A stretch of 63,395 bases of DNA, filler included, from Trichosphaerium sp. ATCC 40318 (lineage: Eukaryota > Protista > Tubulinea): the NCBI GenBank assembly GCA_038496445.1. It is 3 parts of 3 records of this genome, joined end to end, with 100 filler letters (N's around TTAATTAATTAA, not from the genome) between each part and the next. Parts side by side here need not be neighbours in the genome. Positions count along the whole stretch, not along the records: positions 26,253 to 56,400 come from JALMLS010000067.1; 2 more parts are not named here. One strand, given 5' to 3'. The position numbers and the translations under genes are program-made. Of this stretch, positions 34,301 through 46,430 are shown piece by piece (positions within the stretch are counted from its first letter, which is position 1; every line of letters starts with the position of its first letter). The notes under the pieces are model-generated. The model was not told where the DNA came from. It did not search any database and worked only from the letters and a program-made list of their open reading frames with translations.

Positions 34301-36149
34301 TACAACAGACTCTAAAGTTGAACATAAAGTGATAGAAACAGTCACCATAAACAAGGAAAGCAATAAAATAGTACGGCATATTCCATAATTCAAAACTAAC
34401 AATATCACGTGTTAGTCACTACCTGATCAATATGAGGTCATACCACATGTTTCAAAGTTCTTGGCATACACTTTTAACTCGCAAGATCTACCTATAGAAA
34501 TATTTAATGACTTGCAGAGAAGACTGAGAAGTATGCCAACATGAACGGTTTATGATTATGATTAGATACTAAACACTTGTACAATAGAGTTCCAAAACAA
34601 AGAGTTTCGTTTGTTTTCAAACTTGATTGTACTCTCTGATTTCTACGGCAATATCATCACATTATATTATATTGATCATAGCATCAAAGTTATCATTAGA
34701 GGGATAGTACCACAGCTATGGACGGTAATAACAAATCATCAAGCGAAATTATCTGATAACATCTTTAGGTATCTCTTGATGCTTATTTAAAATCTTTGGA
34801 CATCACTCCAGTTCCACTCTGTCCTATTAGCGTACAATTTGGAGAGTTTGTTGAAGTTACAAACAGTTCATACACATGCAATAAAACAAGTGCGTTTTTT
34901 GGCATACAAGTTAACAAACTGATCATTTGTTAGAACATGTTGTCACTGAGAGTCATTTAAAAGAAGGATTTCCTTTACAAAAACGTGGACGACATAATCT
35001 ATGGGGTAGCCTGCACGGAGAAAAATTTCTGAAAATAGGTGACTGGGAAACACCTCAAAAGTATCCTGGGTTACAAATCACGTTTCTCACAAAAGATGAG
35101 AAAAGCAAGGTACAAACCACATTTGAATACCATGACTTTCTTACTAATTGATATAAGGCGTTATGATGAGTATCTGAGGGCTAGCAACATGTTTTATAAG
35201 TTCATGGGGACTGACAGTGCTTCATTTTATGAGTTGGAGAAGATTGCGTTCTTTAACAATCCAAAACTTGAGGAGCAATACAATACTTTTGTCAAGAAAG
35301 TACTTCAATCCAAAAAATCAGGCAAGTCACACCCTTCTTGGTCAGCTTTCCCCAACAGTTTAGATGTGAATGACAATTCCACTGTGGATGAAGATACACG
35401 TAAATCACAAGAACGGACTCTGAATCATTTGAAGAGCTATGTGATGCGTGTTTCAGGCAATGAGCAAATCAACCTCATACCTGGATTACACGGTACATCA
35501 GAGGTACATCACATTTATTTTCATCAGTACCTAACCTTAGATTTTAGGATACTAGTTTTAAGATCGCTTTGGGCAACTTTAAAGAACCTCAGGAGAATAC
35601 AAACAAGAAAGATGGAGGATACTTTGGTATGGCTTAGTAATAAGTTAGTTTAATTTACTAATTGTAACCAGGAAATGGGATTTACTTTACTCAGTATCCT
35701 GATTGCGGTATGTCATTTTATACAACTCTTGGCCACTACCCATGTACCAATTTGTATTATTGTATTAACAATCGAGGTAGGAAGGAAGTATGCTGAATGG
35801 GATAAAAAGGAGAAGAATCCGTGCATGTTGATATCATGGATAATGATGGGAAACCCTTATCCAGCAACAGAAAACCCTGTACCAGGTGATCCCAACTCTC
35901 TTTATGGAAAAGAATGCAAGGTACAACTCTTTTTTTCTTATGGACTTCTTATACTTTTGTTTTTAGAAAGGTTATGATTCTCACTATGTACTCACTAAAT
36001 CAACTGGGTTTCCATGTGGCATTGATGATACGCACAACAACTTTTGTGTACAACATTTCAAGCATTGTATACCATTGATATTACTGGTATCAATGTTTGA
36101 GAATACCACGTGGAAGGCAATTAATACAATGAAAAGCATATTAGTTTGA
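31301..36149 (+). CDS. MORN-repeat / Roc GTPase / COR / PARP-like ADP-ribosyltransferase protein (Roco-ART), multi-exon, ART C-terminus replaced
   Basis: YKGxFxxGxYHGTG MORN repeats; KIMVMGHEGSGKTT, STIG, DFAGQTEY, GSKLD (Roc); LNYIHSIGSI, LVQMSFC (COR); LHGTSE, GYFG.GIYFT, GYDSH (ART). Start uncertain. Confidence 0.85.
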
Positions 36150-36248
36150 ATGTCTTTTGTGGCGTGCAACAAGTAGCAACCGCCAAAATAGATAGTTTTG
36201 AAACTAAGAATTTTAAAGAGTGTAACAGAAGGCTACATTTAACAGTTT

Positions 36249-37400
36249 TTAATCTTTACATAGTGAATCAATAACATCTTGCAGGACAGCACGCTCCTAT
36301 ATACACGAAATTAGCACGAAAAACAATGACAATGCTGGAAAAAACAACCTTTTTGCTGACAAGGTCAAACTCTTCAATGAAATAATGAAAGTGCTTGAAA
36401 GCACTATTCAAATGAGCTTCTTCTCCCAAATCTTTGATCTTTGAAAAGTGTTCATAGTATATATGAGCGTAAACACGGAACAGCCTAATCGCTGTATTAG
36501 TAAAGTTACAAAACTCAAAACGGAAGCAAGGCTTTTTTGGATTTTTTTTTTTTTGGAAATTTCGTTCTTTTTGACTTAAAAATGTCAGTTTCTTTGATTT
36601 GTTGCCGCCATTGCTTAATATGTTATTAGGTATAAATATAACATACCGTTTAAAAATAGTTTTGACAAGATTTACAAAATCACGAGGGAATGGTGCCGTT
36701 TCATCAATTGGAAAATAGTGTTCATCAGCAATTTTACTTTCAATCCAAGCCATAAGCTTCTCTACATACACAACTGCTGGAACAGATTCTGGTTTACCAT
36801 CTACATAAAATACTTAACGTGATATGGTCAATTAAAGCCATTAATGAACGTGAGCGAGGTGTGAAAGTTGAGATCTCTTTTTTTTTTTTTTTTGTTGTTT
36901 GGCGTTACCTTCTGCCCATAGATATTCATAGTTCGGTCCTGCTGTCATACGAGGGTAGTCTTTGACGTTAACATACTCAGCTATTGAACCAAAAAGGAGG
37001 TTTGTGTTATTAAAAAAGTCTATTGTGTTTACTGCAAGCCATTCTATATAAAAACTATTAGTACGTGATACGTTATCGCCTCTTCATCTATTTTAAAACG
37101 AAAACGAGCGTTTATAAGAAAGGCAAGTACTACTTCGTTTTCAACAGTTAAAACGAATAGCTCGTACCATTTAGGTTCTCTCCTATTGTTTACGATGAGT
37201 ATAACTGCGATAGTAATAATAGTCAAACAAATTGCACTTGGCGTACCAGGAGGTAGCTTTACTAGCTCTTTGACCTTTGAACCAAGCCCTAACGTAGCTT
37301 TTGTATCTTTGGTGTGCAATTGGAATCTTGATCCTTTGTTATGTCCTTTCTTTGGTTTAAAGGTCTTATCTTTGCTACGTTGGAATATCTTCTGGTGCAT
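36249..37400 (-). CDS. MOB1: MOB kinase activator 1-like, multi-exon
   Basis: KTFKPKK, VKLPPG, EWLAVNTIDFFN, MTAGP.YEYLW, RLFRVYAHIY and EEAHLN. Confidence 0.95.
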
Positions 37401-37513
37401 TTGTGAGCTTTAGTTGTTGCAACGAGATAATCACGGTCAAACGCCGTCTTGCGAAGAAATAAAGCCAACAGCACATAAAATCCTGGGGAACACCAAAGCG
37501 CTTGTTTAATACT

Positions 37514-39870
37514 ATGAGTGGTCCAGGTTATATCCCTCCTGCGCAACCAGGCTATTCCTCGCCTTTCGATAACTGTACAAGAAAATTGCGTTACGATAGC
37601 AACTTTAACCAGTATTCTAGCAACACAAGAACCTGGGCATAACGGAGAGTACGCAGATGAAGGTCCTGGCTTTTTTGACGATTCAATAAACACGCAATAC
37701 AATGGCCCTAATTACGGTCAACCACAACCGTACCAGCAACCACCACAACAACCACAACCATATTATACAGTACGACAGACAAAATACTAAAAAGCAACGT
37801 GGCATTAAAACTCGTTTAAATCGCCTAATTTCACGCTAAATCATATACTACTCTGTATTCTAACGCGCGTAGCAACAAGAACCACAACAGCAACCACAAC
37901 AGCCATATCAGCCTGTACAACCAGTACAACAGCCTCAATATGGTGTTGGGTACCAAAACCCGCAACAAACTGCCCCAGGAAGTACGTTCACTAAAGAAAA
38001 TCTGTTTTTTGAAATGACGTCACGTTATTAACGTTTTTTCTCTAGTAGCCGCACCTTTTGCACAAATGGGCGGTCAAGCACCTTTCCAGAATCCTATTGC
38101 GAATGTAGCAGCTACTATTGGCGTAGCACAAGCAGGGGTATGGTAGTAAGAAGATAAAACGTTGTCGAATTTTTTCTGACTTTTTGAAAAAAAAAACCAC
38201 GTGTTTGTATTTGAAAGAGCCTTTTTCGTAGTATAATAAGCTACAGTGGGCGCTTTTTTTAAATTATTAGTGACTACTTTCATTTGGAAAGAAATTGTTT
38301 TTTTTCTGTTTCTCTGCTTCAGAAACTTCTTCTTTTGGACCGCTTTTGCTATCAAGTATCCTGTAAATTGTAAGCAAGTGTTTGTAGCTTAATTGGTTAG
38401 AGCCGTCCGCTGTTAACGGGAAAGATGGTGGTTCAAGTCCACTCAAACACTCTTTTGTCTTGCACACTTTTTTTTTGTTTTTTAATTTGGGGTCTTCCTG
38501 TCGGTTCCTTTTTTCTTTGTTTTTGTGCTTATTCTCTTTATAGGGTTATATTGCAAAAAGTCAAGCTGTTACTCAACAATGGTTCCAGTGGTTAAAGTAC
38601 TACTTTGCTGTTAATAATAGATATGTTTTCAATAAGCTTGGTATAGTAATTTTTCCAGTTGCTCATAAGGTACGCTTAAATTTATTTAAAGTACATTAAT
38701 AATAAGATTTTTCAAAAAACGCTATTAGAAGCTAAGCATTGGTTGTTTTCGTTCTTTTTTTTTTTGACAGCTGAGTGTCAAATGACATTTTGTTTCTTAT
38801 TTTTTTCTGTCTTTTTCCTTTTTCAAATGATTATTAGTTTGTTTTTCTGACTTATAGTGTAGTCATGGTCTCGTGGTACAGGTGGAAATATTGGTCATGA
38901 GGTATTTCTACCACCTGACCAAGATCCAGCATACAATGCACCTGATCTATACCTACCCGTCATGTCATTTATCACCTACGTCTTAATCATGGGCGTATTT
39001 TTTGGTACTACATTAAAGTACGTTTTTTCACACAAAAAAAAATCCCATGAAGACTTCCATCTGTTTACCTCTTAGACATGTATCTGAGCTATTAGCAAAC
39101 AAACAATTTTATATGCTTTGTTTTTTTATTGGCTCGTCAAGGTCATGTCCAGCTTTGGTAGTTTTTTTTTTCTTATTGTTTTGTTTGGTCACTTATGTTT
39201 TTTTTTCTCTTAGATTCACTCCTGAGGTCATTGGAAGTGTTGGTACAAGTGGTTTAGCAGTTTGGGGTTTTGAAGTTTTTTTGATAAGTGCTGGACTTTA
39301 TTTACTCGGTTTCCGTAATTCTGTATCTCTCCTTGATATGATAAGCTATAGTGGTTACAAATTTGTTGGGTACGTTTTTTCTGGCGACTATAATGTTGAT
39401 GCGCTTTTTTTTTGCTTTTTTTGACTTTGTTTTTGGTTTAGGATGGTTGTAAACGTTTCTGCAGGCATGATTTTTGGATCTTATGTTTTTTATGCATGTC
39501 TTATATTCAATTCTATTATGGCCTCTATTTTCATGGTACGTTCTATGAAGGAAACCTCGAACCTTTTTTTTTTTTTTTTTTTGTAAAATCAAACAAAAAA
39601 ACTTGTTTCTCTCGGCCTACTGTTAGACCTTATTTATTATTTCTTTAGGTTAAAACATATAGATTGGTTATACCTAAACAGACACAATACCAATCACAAA
39701 GGAATTACTTTTTACTTTTCATTGCAGCACTTCAATTTTTGATTGCATTTTTCTTATGTTATCTTGATTTCAAAGATGGTATTTTCTCATCTATGAGCAC
39801 TGGTAGTACTATGGGATCAGCAGCTTCTGTAGATCCAGGTATACCGAAAAATACCCAAACATTATCATGA
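37514..39870 (+). CDS. YIF1: YIF1 ER-Golgi membrane protein, multi-exon
   Basis: LKYYFAVNNRYVFNKL, NAPDLYLPVMSFITYVL and YSGYKFVG; Q/P-rich N-terminus; head-to-head with MOB1 (~110 bp apart). Confidence 0.92.
38378..38451 (+). tRNA. trnN: tRNA-Asn(GTT), inside a YIF1 intron
   Basis: Acceptor GTGTTTG/CAAACAC, D-arm GCTT..GAGC, anticodon loop CT-GTT-AA, T-arm GGTGG-TTCAAGT-CCACT; TTTT downstream. Confidence 0.88.
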
Positions 39871-40239
39871 ACACGTTATCGTCTTATCAATGTCAATGAT
39901 TTTGAAAAAAAGAGAGAGTACAGTGACAGTCACGTGTTACAAAAAGCTTCACCAAAATGTAAAAAAAATTCTCAGAAAAAGATAAAAATAAACTAACTAA
40001 GTACACCTACCTTTCGGTTTATTTTTCCCTAGTCATCCAACACCGTATTATTGTTTATAGATACTATTTATCAAATTGGTAATTCTGACAAATGGAGTTT
40101 GCATAAACGACAACAAGGCCATTTTTAGTGATTTTTGAAGAATTTGGCAGGGAAATTCACTACATAGTTGGCAACTCGACTACGGAGACTGCAATCTCCT
40201 TTCAAATTGAAGTTCTCTTCTTAGGTATGCGCTTGTACA

Positions 40240-41082
40240 CGTATTGAGGCAAAAGACGCCAAAATCAATTCGTTTAGGACGAATCTGGCTAAAACTGTTG
40301 TAGAGGAACAGGACAGAAGCCAAAATGGCGATAACAGTCAAAATAAGGAGCGTATAAATTACTACAAGGAAGTTGTGAACTCGACGGGCTTTGGCGCCTC
40401 GCTACAGAGTAAAAGTACGCAATTGAGAACAATTAGCGTATTGCCGTTAACCATAAACGCAGCTATTCAAGAACTTCAACAGATGGCCATAACAATACGG
40501 GAAGACGCATCAAAACATCACAAGACGCCTGCATCAGCTCCCTATGTACATTTTACTAAAAAAGAACATAAACGTTTTGTCGCTGGTTTTCGGTTTTTCA
40601 ACAACTGACTATTGTCGTTTTAGGGTCCGAACGAACCTCCCCAACAAGATAGACCTCCCTCGCCTACATCTTGCTATGGACCTCCTAGTTTTTTTGGCAT
40701 AGAAGAAGATCTTATAACCCCTGATCCATACGCTAATCCGTATGTTGATCAAGAGAATTTTCCGGGGTTTACTTATGCCACACCGGAAGTAGAGCCCTCT
40801 CCGGAACTTAAAGAATTATCACTTGAAGAAGAGATAAAACCAATAAAGAGAAAGCCTAAACTAAAGGAAGAACTGCCTAAAAAGATAAAGCCAACAATGA
40901 AGGAGGAACAAACTAAGAAGAGAAAACCAACAATGAAGGAGATGAGAGAAAAAAAGAAAAAAGAAAAACAAGAAAAAAAAGAGAATAAGCCCTCGTATGA
41001 GTCTACAAAACCTAAGAAAGAGAAGAAACCTTCTTATAAATTTAAAAAACCTAAGAAAAAGAAGAAAAAACCAACAAAGTAG
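40240..41082 (+). CDS. Hypothetical multi-exon protein with Pro/Glu-rich then Lys-rich C-terminus (start unclear)
   Basis: Long open stretches joined by a GT-AG intron (~40545-40623); no recognisable domain. Confidence 0.4.
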
Positions 41083-41349
41083 AAATCACGAAGGCACCTC
41101 TTGTAACAACTAAAAAAAGAAAAAAGTAAGAATTGTTTCTGTGCTCAAATACCTTGGTGTTCAGTACGTGATCATGAAAATCTCCACTTTTTTTTTTCAA
41201 AATCGCCACTTTTTTATTCTGTCCCAATAGTTGTTTTACACCTTAGTTTACTCCCCAAAGCCACTACAGCATTGTTTCAATGTGTAACACAAATCTGCTA
41301 ATGTCATAGACCTTCAGACAACTTACTAAATAAGGAAAAAATGGTATAT

Positions 41350-43519
41350 TTATTGAGTCGCTCCAAAGCGTTGTACAGGCACTGAAACACGCTTTGTATG
41401 CTGTGTTTGTAAGCGCTGTTTTAACACAACCTCTCCATCAGGTAGCACTTGTTTAACTTCATGGCTTAAACCAGCTGCAAGTCCAAGAGCTTTTTTTTGT
41501 TTTATGATGATAATTCTTTTCTTTTTAGTACTAGAAAGAAGGGGTTTTTTGTGTCGTACAATGATCACAGTCTTTCTCTTTTTTTTAGGTGGTACCATTG
41601 AAGGTTTTAGGCTTTTGCGCTTGCGATTTGCTTTCTTCTTTTTTTCTTCTTCCTTTCTTTCTTTTTCTTCCCGTTTTTTTCTTTTTTTGTCAATTTTGTG
41701 TTGCATACTCAAGACCAGAGGAGTATTGTTTACTTCTACAAATAAAACATTAACATTATTTAAAGAACGTTGTAAGGGTAGTACTTTTTTGTTCATCTTT
41801 TTTTAAAGCAGCTTGTTTCCTTTTTTCTGTAGTAGAATGAGGGGTACCACTGCCTTTAACACCTTCTATAACACGGAGTGCTTCTTTACAACTGGCTACA
41901 GTGTATTTGACAAGAGTGTCAACTACATGATCAGTGATACTTCCTTTGGCACCATATAATTTAAGCACCTGTTGAACATTGCTGTTGTTGCCTTCACTAA
42001 TATTATTGGTTCGATTATTGAGATGTTCTGGGTTGTTACAACAAAACTGAGCCCATGTCTTAGGAGGAAACCTAAAAGAATGTAAGCAACATATGTAGAA
42101 CCAATTAAAACGTGTACTTGCTGACATCATTGCTTGGTGTTACATAATTGTCTTCTAAATATTGCATATATTTTTTGATATTACCACCTGCTATTATAGC
42201 ATCCTGTAGATAACAACCATTAGTACTACAACCACTCAAAATACAATGTACCTCTTTGAATTTGTTCCAAAGCTTCCAAAACTGCTTTTCCTCCGGACAA
42301 GTTGTTAAATCCTTACTAAACTGGGTACACCAAGCATATTCGGCCTTGTTCTTTTCTCCACCCAACCCACATTTCATACGATTCCTTCTATGAGCTTCTG
42401 CCACATGAAATAAACAGTGGTAGACAGGCATATCATCTCCCCAAACTTTGAAAGCAGCTAAGCGTTAAATTAACATTTTTTCAGTCAGTTTTTTTACCTT
42501 TTTTCAAATTGACCTCACAGTCAGCCATCATCCGTAAAAAGACAGGACCAAAAACTTCGTTTAGATGCTCAAAAGCATACACATACTCTGGTAATGTTTT
42601 ACCTTCTGTTAAAGCCCATCCGATATTAGTTCCCTTAGATGCAACAGGGCCAACAGCTTTCAACCAATACATTAATGTCTACAAAAAAAAAATAAGCAAA
42701 AAAATTGTGTCTTTTTCTTTACGTGAGATCCAGCATCCGTTGAGTTGTGAACAGCATCCACAAACAATGTTTGTTTATTTAACTGTTCTATTAAAGGTAC
42801 AGCTAAAGGCTCAATGTATGATATGACAGTGTGTTTGGCCATATTTATATACACTGCTTCTCGGTACTTTAGTTTGATGTTTGCGAACACCTGTTGGCGT
42901 AGAGTAAGCCTTAAATAGCATATAAAAAAGATTATGATGCAAAAGGTACCTCAGGGTTTTTTCTTCCTTCTGCGCGTTGTAGACGCACTCTATACATTAA
43001 CGCATTGTTTGTTGGTACTATGGAAGCATTTAAAGGGTTTTTCGCAGCACATAAAGTATTAATAGCCTAAACAGCAATTGAATACTTTAAAAACACCTTG
43101 CTACGCACGATCACCCTTTTAGACACTCCTTTTTTATAATCTGTTTGAATTTCGTGTCCAATGGAATATTTCAACTTAAAGTTCTTTACTGGATCTGGAG
43201 TGCACCCAGGAACATGTTCTACACTTTTTAAACAACATTTTCTACAAAGAAACTCACGTTTTGTTAACTTCACCATGCCTATTTTGCCAACTTTTGTTTT
43301 GTGAGAGTGTATGTTTAAGCGTGCTGAACATTCCGAGTGATTGCATTCAAAATAGTATGAAATCTTCTCAGGGTTTTTTTTATGAGGCTTGCTGCCCTTT
43401 CGAGTAAATTGGTACCCATGTGAGCGTGCAGAGCTTGTGTAAACAATTGCACGCTCATTTGGCACCCAATCTATTAAATTAAGGTCTCCCACGCCTGGGT
43501 CTATTACAACAGCTGCCAT
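41350..43519 (-). CDS. MULE DDE transposase, multi-exon, with WRKY/FLYWCH-like zinc finger
   Basis: YYFECNHSECSARL..H; LFVDAVH (D1), MMADCE (D2), YHCLFH (CxxH), RTNNISEG (E); Lys-rich tail. Frame break at a homopolymer near 41800. Confidence 0.88.
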
Positions 43520-43579
43520 GCCATGATTGCACTTGTTTTTACTGGTTACTTTTTTTGGCGCTAAGTTTGCCTTCCTTAT

Positions 43580-44280
43580 ACCATGTCACCTTTAGTTATT
43601 CCGTGTTACTCTTAGTAAGGTACACTGTGTTACTCTTAGTTTATTCCATGTTACTTAGTTTATCCCGTGTTACTTAGTAAGGTACACCATGTCACCCTTA
43701 GTTTATCCTGTGTTACTCTCAGGTCATATCTTTTTGTGTCACGCGTACTAAGGTACACTGTGTTACTCTTAGTTTATTCCGTGTTACTTGGTACACCATG
43801 TCACCCTTAGTTTATCCCGTGTTACTCTTAGGTCATACCTTTATGTTACTCTTAGTTTATTCCGTGTTACCCTTAGTTTATTCCGTGTTACTTAGTAAGG
43901 TACACCATGTCACCCTTAGTTTATCCTGTGTTACTCTCAGGTCATACCTTTTCGTGTTATGCGTAGTAAGGTATACTGTTACTCTTAGGTTATACCGTGT
44001 TACCCTTAGTTTATTCCGTGTTCCTCTTAGTAAGGTACACTTAGTTTATTCCGTGTTACCCTTAGTTTATTCTGTGTTACCCTTAGTTTATTCCGTGTTA
44101 CTCTTAGTAAGGTACACTTAGTTTATTCCGTGTTACCCTTAGTTTATTCCGTGTTACTCTTAGGTCATACCATGTCACCCTTAGGTCATTCTGTGTCAGT
44201 TACATCATACCATTTCTTGTAGAGCAGGTATTCTGTGACTTTTAGTAATGTCCATGTCCTTAAGGTATACCTTAGGTGTT
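43580..44280. repeat. Minisatellite of ~20-bp units CTTAGTTTATTCCGTGTTAC interleaved with AAGGTACACCATGTCACC units
   Basis: Directly visible tandem array between the transposase start and the structured cargo. Confidence 0.9.
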
Positions 44281-44285
44281 ATAAA

Positions 44286-45596
44286 CTCGATTAGCATTTC
44301 TACACCAAAATGAGTGTTTTAATGCTAGAAGAGTAGTTGGAGCTCATTAAAAACTTGAACTGAGTTTGAATGTGACAACTACTGGAGTTGCTACATATTC
44401 TTGAGCTAGTCAATGCGTCGATTAACTTTATTACACTCATTGTTGGTGTTGTAATGTTAAAAGAGCACATCAAGCATGATGCTATGTTATGAAGGTTGTA
44501 GTCTATGTGATGAAAGCAACACTTATCATTTCTACACTCCAAAAGAGTGTTCTAATGCTAGAAAAGAACATGTGCTTTGGTACACAAGTAGTTGTTGCCC
44601 ACTCAAGGGCTTCAGCTCATGTTGTATTGAACTGTTTGCCCACTCAGGGCTACAATTTTCAACATGTCTAATGGACAATGACTCGATCGACATCTCTTTA
44701 TCAATCTGTCATTTCATTTGACAGAGATAAGATGAAGGAGGAGTACAGGTGTCCATGTTGTACAATAAACATTGATCCACTCAGGACAATATTGTATTGT
44801 GACAATGTCTGTGTTCTAATGATACAAAGCACTTGAGAGTATTTTGTGCCACTAACATCACACACTATTGAAGTGGTTGTGTTGCTGTATCTTTGAGAGT
44901 ACAGTCTCATAACCCAAGAACTCGATTAACATTTCTACGCTTTGTACTAAAACATGCGTTATAATGATAGAAGAGAACTCTTCATTCTGGGAGTGGACAC
45001 AGTATTAAAGCTGCAATTACCACATACCCCTTTTTGTTATGCCTTGATAGACAGTGTTCTGTAACTACAGAACACTGTCATCACCTCAGACGAAAGGTTG
45101 TGTTGGAGCCAGAAGTTGATTACCACTGCCTATGTTGCTATGTTTATTACACATGTTTCATAGGGGCTTACGTGGTAGAAGACGACAGCATCCAGGTCCT
45201 CGTGCTTACCATCACACTTGAGCGCACTCCTGTATTTTGGGAGTGTTGCTTGGGCGTGATAGTCAGTCACCATAAATGTGCTACACGATGGGCGGAACCC
45301 ATGGTCACCGTGCACTCCCTGTGGGCTTGTTCATCGGGTACAACAAAAGGGCTTTCAGACGTCACGCTTAGCTGCATTTTCTTCAAATGCATTTGCATTC
45401 GACTGATTCTTTTTTGTTTTCTCGATTGTGCCAAGGGAAAGAGATGCGATTTCTGCAGGCACATTTCACTCAAATTTTTTCCTTGTCCTTCTGCGCAGGT
45501 AAATCGCCTAGCGTTTATGGGGGAATCTGATTTGGGTTATGCCTCATAGTCTTTTCTCCATTTACGCCTCCATTAGGCTACACGGTTGTAAGACTG
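44286..45596. ncRNA. Transposon-borne paralogue of the rDNA-upstream structured region
   Basis: Collinear similarity to ~3740-5381 with non-triplet indels and compensatory stem changes; shared terminus CTCCATTTACGCCTCCRTTAGGCTACACGGTTGTAAGACTG. Confidence 0.75.
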
Positions 45597-46430
45597 CGAA
45601 TTTATTGAGTTTTCACGCAGCACACTACACTCATCACATTCTTATAACTCTGAATAGGCAGGTATTGTACGTTACAATAATTTTTTATTTTTATTTTTTT
45701 TTCTACAGTACAGCCGGCGACAAAAATCACGTGAAGGTACAACAAAACTGTTTTTTTTTTTGTAAAATTGGGCTTTATTAATAAATTACAGGTTAAAAAA
45801 CCAGTTGAGAGTATTTAAACCATATATAAAGGGAAGACAGCCCGTTCCTCACCACAATGACCCAAACTGACTATGCGAAAGGAAATCTCCACCTTTTTTG
45901 CCTAGCCGTTCATGGTACTGTACCTTCCGCTGTTTGAATCAACAACCAACGCCTACACATAACACGTTAACTACAAACAAAAAAAAAAAACACCAAAAAA
46001 AGTGGCAACAAAAAGTGGCGATTTTGCATGTCACCGTTCAGTAATACTAGTTTCAGCACAATCTAGTGCTTGAGGAACGTTTCAAGTTTATAAACGCTTA
46101 ATACGCTGGCTGTTAAACAAATGCTGTTTTTGTAGTGGTGAGCATGAGTGAACCTTTTTACACGTGGTGTCTACGCTCCAAAAGTATCGATAAATTTGTG
46201 AATCTAGCCATTGGCTTGTACACCTTTTTGACATCTTCAATGCGAGTACCTGGGGCCATTGATACTTTGAATGTATAACAAATTAGCAGGAATATGAGGT
46301 ACAGATATTACTACTATAAGTGCCCGCGAATTCCACGTTTCCTGTGAGGCTTTAAAGAGCTGGCGGATAACTGTATCTTTATTATCTGGTTCATTGGTGT
46401 ACACCCTAAACTTTTGTAACTCTTAAACTC

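Larger units (their letters stand above)
41167..46035 (-). mobile_element. Mutator-like (MULE) DNA transposon, 4869 bp, with non-coding cargo
   Basis: 8-bp direct repeat GTTCAGTA at 41159-41166 and 46036-46043; imperfect TIRs CGTGATCATG-AAAATCTCCACTTTTT and (reverse complement) GGTGACATGCAAAATCGCCACTTTTT; internal transposase. Confidence 0.88.

Noticed and set aside
41790-41810. Programmed -1 frameshift in the transposase at TTTAAAAAAAG
   Set aside because: The -1 frame stops immediately; joining the ORFs needs loss of one A, more likely a homopolymer error or mutation.
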